From positions 1 through 62,163 of the forward strand of contig JAAPAO010000148.1 in assembly GCA_013115145.1 (NCBI GenBank): 62,163 bases of DNA. The letters run 5' to 3'. Made by a program: the position numbers and the translations under genes. Each line of letters begins with the position of its first letter. The stretch's first letter is position 1. Below are positions 58,765 to 62,163 of the stretch, one piece after another. The notes under the pieces are model-generated. The model ran no database searches. It worked only from the letters and a program-made list of their open reading frames with translations, and was not told the origin of the DNA. This DNA is from Perkinsus chesapeaki ATCC PRA-425. Taxonomy: Eukaryota > Protista > Perkinsozoa.

Positions 58765-60172
58765 ATGTCGATAACATCTCATTTGACGATAGAGCTCATC
58801 CAGGACATCTGGCCTCTGGTTATCGGTTTTTTGACGACCCCCGAGGCGTACAGCCTTGCTGCCACCACGCCAGCCATGTGGCATCTCCTCGACCACTGCT
58901 GTTCGTTTTCGTGGCGCGTGAAATGCTGTCGACTGTACACTGAAGAGGTGTGTCTTGACTACCTTAGGAGCTGCTATCCTGTTTTACCTCCTACGGAGGA
59001 GTGGCGTGTCTGGCAAAGACTAGCTAGTGCCTGGAGCGACCGTGGGACTCTGGAGGCATTGCTGACAGAGCCGCACCGTATTCTAACTCTACCTAGAGAC
59101 ACTCGAATGATATCTTACGGTCGAGAGTCCCTTTGGTGGTCAGCTCCGAACTGTGGCATCAATCGGATCAATGTGTCAACGGGTGGGCTTAAGAAATACC
59201 AACACAGCAGCCATCATTGGACCGATACCTTTGCTGACGATATGGCTGTAGTGTTCGGCGATGGGAAGTTGGCTCTGATGAGCTCAGACGGGAAGCCGGT
59301 GGCCGAAGCCGAGCTGCCCTTTAATGGGCAGCGGCCGAATGGCGCTTGGAACTACTACGACCTCTATGTCGATATGGCCGCTAGCGTAGTCTATGCTTTA
59401 CAAGGCATGTTCGTTACTGGTTACCTCGTGGACAGCGCGAGGCGATCGCTGGAATATCTTTACACTTACGAGCTCGATCTAGACGACCCGGACATCAGCA
59501 ACGGCAGCGGTCACTGTGTGGTCTTCCACGACAACCAAAGTCACGTGCTGGTCTACCACGCTCTGACAGGAAATCTATTGCTGGATTTTGCTCGTCCCGG
59601 TGAGGGTGTTGAATGCTTCGATTGTGAGTACCCTAGGTTGGTTGACTGATGAAGGCCTCTACGATGTGGACTTAGCTTCTAGTGGTAGAGTTGAGGAGCT
59701 GTCCATGGCATGTGGCCCAGGCGAGGAATGGCACGGATATCGCTCGTTTTTAGACGAAGTGAGAATCGACCCAATAAATGTTGGGCAGTATCTCGTCCGT
59801 GCTCTTCGCACGCGGTTCTCTCCTCGAACACACTTGCTGTTATCGCGGAGAGCACAGGATAGCGGCTTTTTGGAGACCGTGGGTGTCTACAAGCTTGAAA
59901 AGGGATATACCTCCGATGAGTTCAAGTATCAGCATGACGGCAGGGTGATCGAGGTTCTTGTCAGTCGAAAGCGCTCTGGTTGGGAGACTGGAATCTGTCA
60001 TGTTTTTGACCGAGTTGTGTGGTTGAGAGCAAAAGATCTATCGCCGTTACGCGTATTCCGAAACTGTGTGGGCTTTTGGCGAACGCCTATTCGGGACGCC
60101 GTGGCTGTTGTGGAGAGAATAAACGACGAGGAAGGAGTTGTCGTGCACTATTGGGACCTCACCTGCCCATAA
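58765..60172 (+). pseudogene. F-box-like protein paralog 1, frameshifted near 59640
   Basis: F-box-like QDIWPLVIGFLTTPEAYSLAAT. ORFs 58765-59649 and 59588-60172 align end to end with paralog 2, which is continuous at this point. Confidence 0.7.
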
Positions 60173-60387
60173 ACCTGCTTTCTGCAGAAACTAAATGTTG
60201 ACGAGGACGCTTTGATTTCGCTTACTTTGCTTTTATAATGTTCGAGGTTTTTTGGTACTATTGCAAATCACGGCTAGTGGCATTTCAACATTTTCACAAC
60301 TGTTGCGTTCTTGCCTGGCTTCCACGGCGGCACTGCTGTTGGTTCCTGGAATGTAAGTAGGACTTGTTTCAGTTATTTATTCCCAGA

Positions 60388-61806
60388 ATGGCCGCTGCCT
60401 CCAGCCAAGGGGCTTCTGTTTTCCCTATGGATGTCTGGCCGGTTATCATAGACTTCCTGACAGCCAGCGAGGCGTGCAGCCTCTCTATGGCCTCCCGGGC
60501 CCTACATCGGTTGGTTACTGAGGAATGTCGGTGGTTTTGGCGTGACACGTGTTATAGGCGATACTCGAAGGATACATGTTTGCACTACATCGAGAGTCTT
60601 CCGAGGACAGCTGCTGGCAACGTGTGGAGAAGATTGGCCAGTTGCTGGTGGAATTCCACCTCTTTGAAGAGGGCTATGTTTACCGGCATGAGACGGCTCA
60701 CATTAGAGGCCGACACGGAGTTTATTGTGCACGGTCACGTCGCTGTGTGGTGCGGTAACTCCGAGCTGGTCAGGAGGGTTTCCGTGGAGCCGAAGACCTT
60801 CGGGCAGGTCCTCACCTACAAGTATCCTCGCTTGGAATTCGATGATGTTGTTCCGTTGGCCAAGGACCTGATTGTGGCAACCGGTAGCGAGCTCCAAGTG
60901 ATCGGCCCCGGCTCTAAGGTCTCAGCTACAATACCCTTCTCTTTCGACTACGATGAAGAGGAGGTCACTCGACTTTTCCTAGACATGGCATCGTCAGTTC
61001 TTTATGTGCTGCACAAGTGCTGGCTTGTGGGGTATGACGTTTCCTTGGATGACACAATATCACTGAAGGAGCTTTATACGGTTGAGCTTCCTCTGGCCGA
61101 CATCGATGCTCTTATGTTCCGTGCGTGTATTGGTCAGTGGGCCATTCTCCATGACTCGCAGCGAAGGATTCTCGTTTACGAGTCGCGTACCGGGCGGGCG
61201 ATCGCTGACGAGACTTTGCCCCTCGAGGATGAGTGTATAGTCTACGCTGATGCCTGTCCTCCGTGGCTGCTGGTCCTCACCCCTCGCGAGCTCTACCGGG
61301 TAAATATCAGTGATGGCAACGTCCTAGACAAGAGTCTCTGGGAAGCATTTCCGGTGGCCGGAACAGGAATTGCTGGGGTTGAGTTCCGCCGATGTGTTCT
61401 GGAGGTCAAAGTTGACCCCAAGGATCCCGACCAGTTCCTCCTTCTATCATCTCCTTACTTTGACGGTGAAAGTGCCCTTGTGTTATGCAGAAGGTCAGCC
61501 CCGTCTACGTTGACGTTCGTAGCCTCCTACGTGCTGGAGGCAGGCTACTTCTGTGACAGGCTTGAATATCGTCATGATGGAACGGTTATTGAGGTCTGCA
61601 TCGGCAAGCAGGGCATGGAAAAGAAGATCGCTGGTGTTTACAACAGAGTTGTGTGGCTCAGCGGAGCGGATCTTTCAGTCTTGCGTGTGTTCGAAAATGC
61701 TGTTGGTGAATGGCGAACGGATGTAAGAGACTGCGCGGCATCTATTGTGAGTGCAGATGATGAAGGTGTTGTAATGACATACTGGAATCTTATGAAGCCC
61801 GCCTGA
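60388..61806 (+). CDS. F-box-like protein paralog 2, intronless, with a beta-rich C-terminal region
   Basis: FPMDVWPVIIDFLTASEACSLSMASRALHRL...FWRDTC is F-box-like; collinear with paralog 1. Confidence 0.75.
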   Translation: MAAASSQGASVFPMDVWPVIIDFLTASEACSLSMASRALHRLVTEECRWFWRDTCYRRYSKDTCLHYIESLPRTAAGNVWRRLASCWWNSTSLKRAMFTGMRRLTLEADTEFIVHGHVAVWCGNSELVRRVSVEPKTFGQVLTYKYPRLEFDDVVPLAKDLIVATGSELQVIGPGSKVSATIPFSFDYDEEEVTRLFLDMASSVLYVLHKCWLVGYDVSLDDTISLKELYTVELPLADIDALMFRACIGQWAILHDSQRRILVYESRTGRAIADETLPLEDECIVYADACPPWLLVLTPRELYRVNISDGNVLDKSLWEAFPVAGTGIAGVEFRRCVLEVKVDPKDPDQFLLLSSPYFDGESALVLCRRSAPSTLTFVASYVLEAGYFCDRLEYRHDGTVIEVCIGKQGMEKKIAGVYNRVVWLSGADLSVLRVFENAVGEWRTDVRDCAASIVSADDEGVVMTYWNLMKPA

Positions 61807-62002
61807 ACCGGAGTTAGTACTGATTGAGCGCTGTTGATATGAGAGAGATAGTCGCGGCTGCAGCTACGATGGGAGAGTTAGGGCGAAGAATGCTAGTTCC
61901 GACTGGCAGTTGATAGAGGTGATTCCGCTGAAGTCATTTATTGCGTTTCTGTTGGTAAATGGTGGGGGATTGTATTTGGTTTCATACAGGAGTTCAAGTG
62001 TG

Positions 62003-62021
62003 CAATGCACACTGTGCATTG
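62003..62021. repeat. Perfect palindrome CAATGCACA-C-TGTGCATTG
   Basis: 9-bp arms, 1-nt centre, 70 nt upstream of the tRNA. Confidence 0.85.
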
Positions 62022-62091
62022 ATGTTTTTAGGTGATAAATTTTGGTTTTCTTTTCCTGAGGCAGTGGGGTTTTGATATAGGGGTTTGTCGT

Positions 62092-62163
62092 GGGGGACTA
62101 GCTCAAATGGTAGAGCGCTCGCTTAGCAAGCGAGAGGCACCGGGATCGATGCCCGGGTTCTCC
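62092..62163 (+). tRNA. tRNA-Ala(AGC); discriminator base cut off by the window end
   Basis: Cloverleaf GGGGGAC/GTTCTCC with G3:U70, D arm GCTC/GAGC, anticodon arm CTCGC-TTAGCAA-GCGAG, T arm CCGGG-ATCGATG-CCCGG. Confidence 0.95.

Overview
Gene-dense eukaryotic DNA of roughly balanced GC, with many short (about 40-90 nt) GT-AG introns and very short intergenic gaps. Gene content and style best fit a Perkinsus-like alveolate (inference, not tested). The window starts with a complete, very young LTR retrotransposon (1139-6933, minus strand): 230-bp LTRs differing at 1 position, AATG target-site duplication, tRNA-Gly-type PBS, PPT and a single 1745-aa gag-pol ORF. It sits four codons into a host membrane-protein gene, and the 3' LTR supplies its own ATG in frame with the rest of that gene. 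Core genes follow: a giant C2 / CC2D2A-CEP76-like / Neuralized gene, ARP10-like, SCOC, a CAMKL kinase, PIKfyve/Fab1, a very divergent SF3B3-like gene, a USP, SNRNP40 and a terminal tRNA-Ala(AGC). Accessory stretches hold secreted-protein paralogs, signal-peptide GNATs, an ALMT/FUSC transporter, pseudogenes and tandem F-box-like genes. Non-coding DNA is enriched in perfect palindromes with a 1-nt centre, two of which share an identical X-A-revcomp(X)-X architecture that looks like a templated-insertion footprint. Exon structures were read by eye, so many gene boundaries are approximate.
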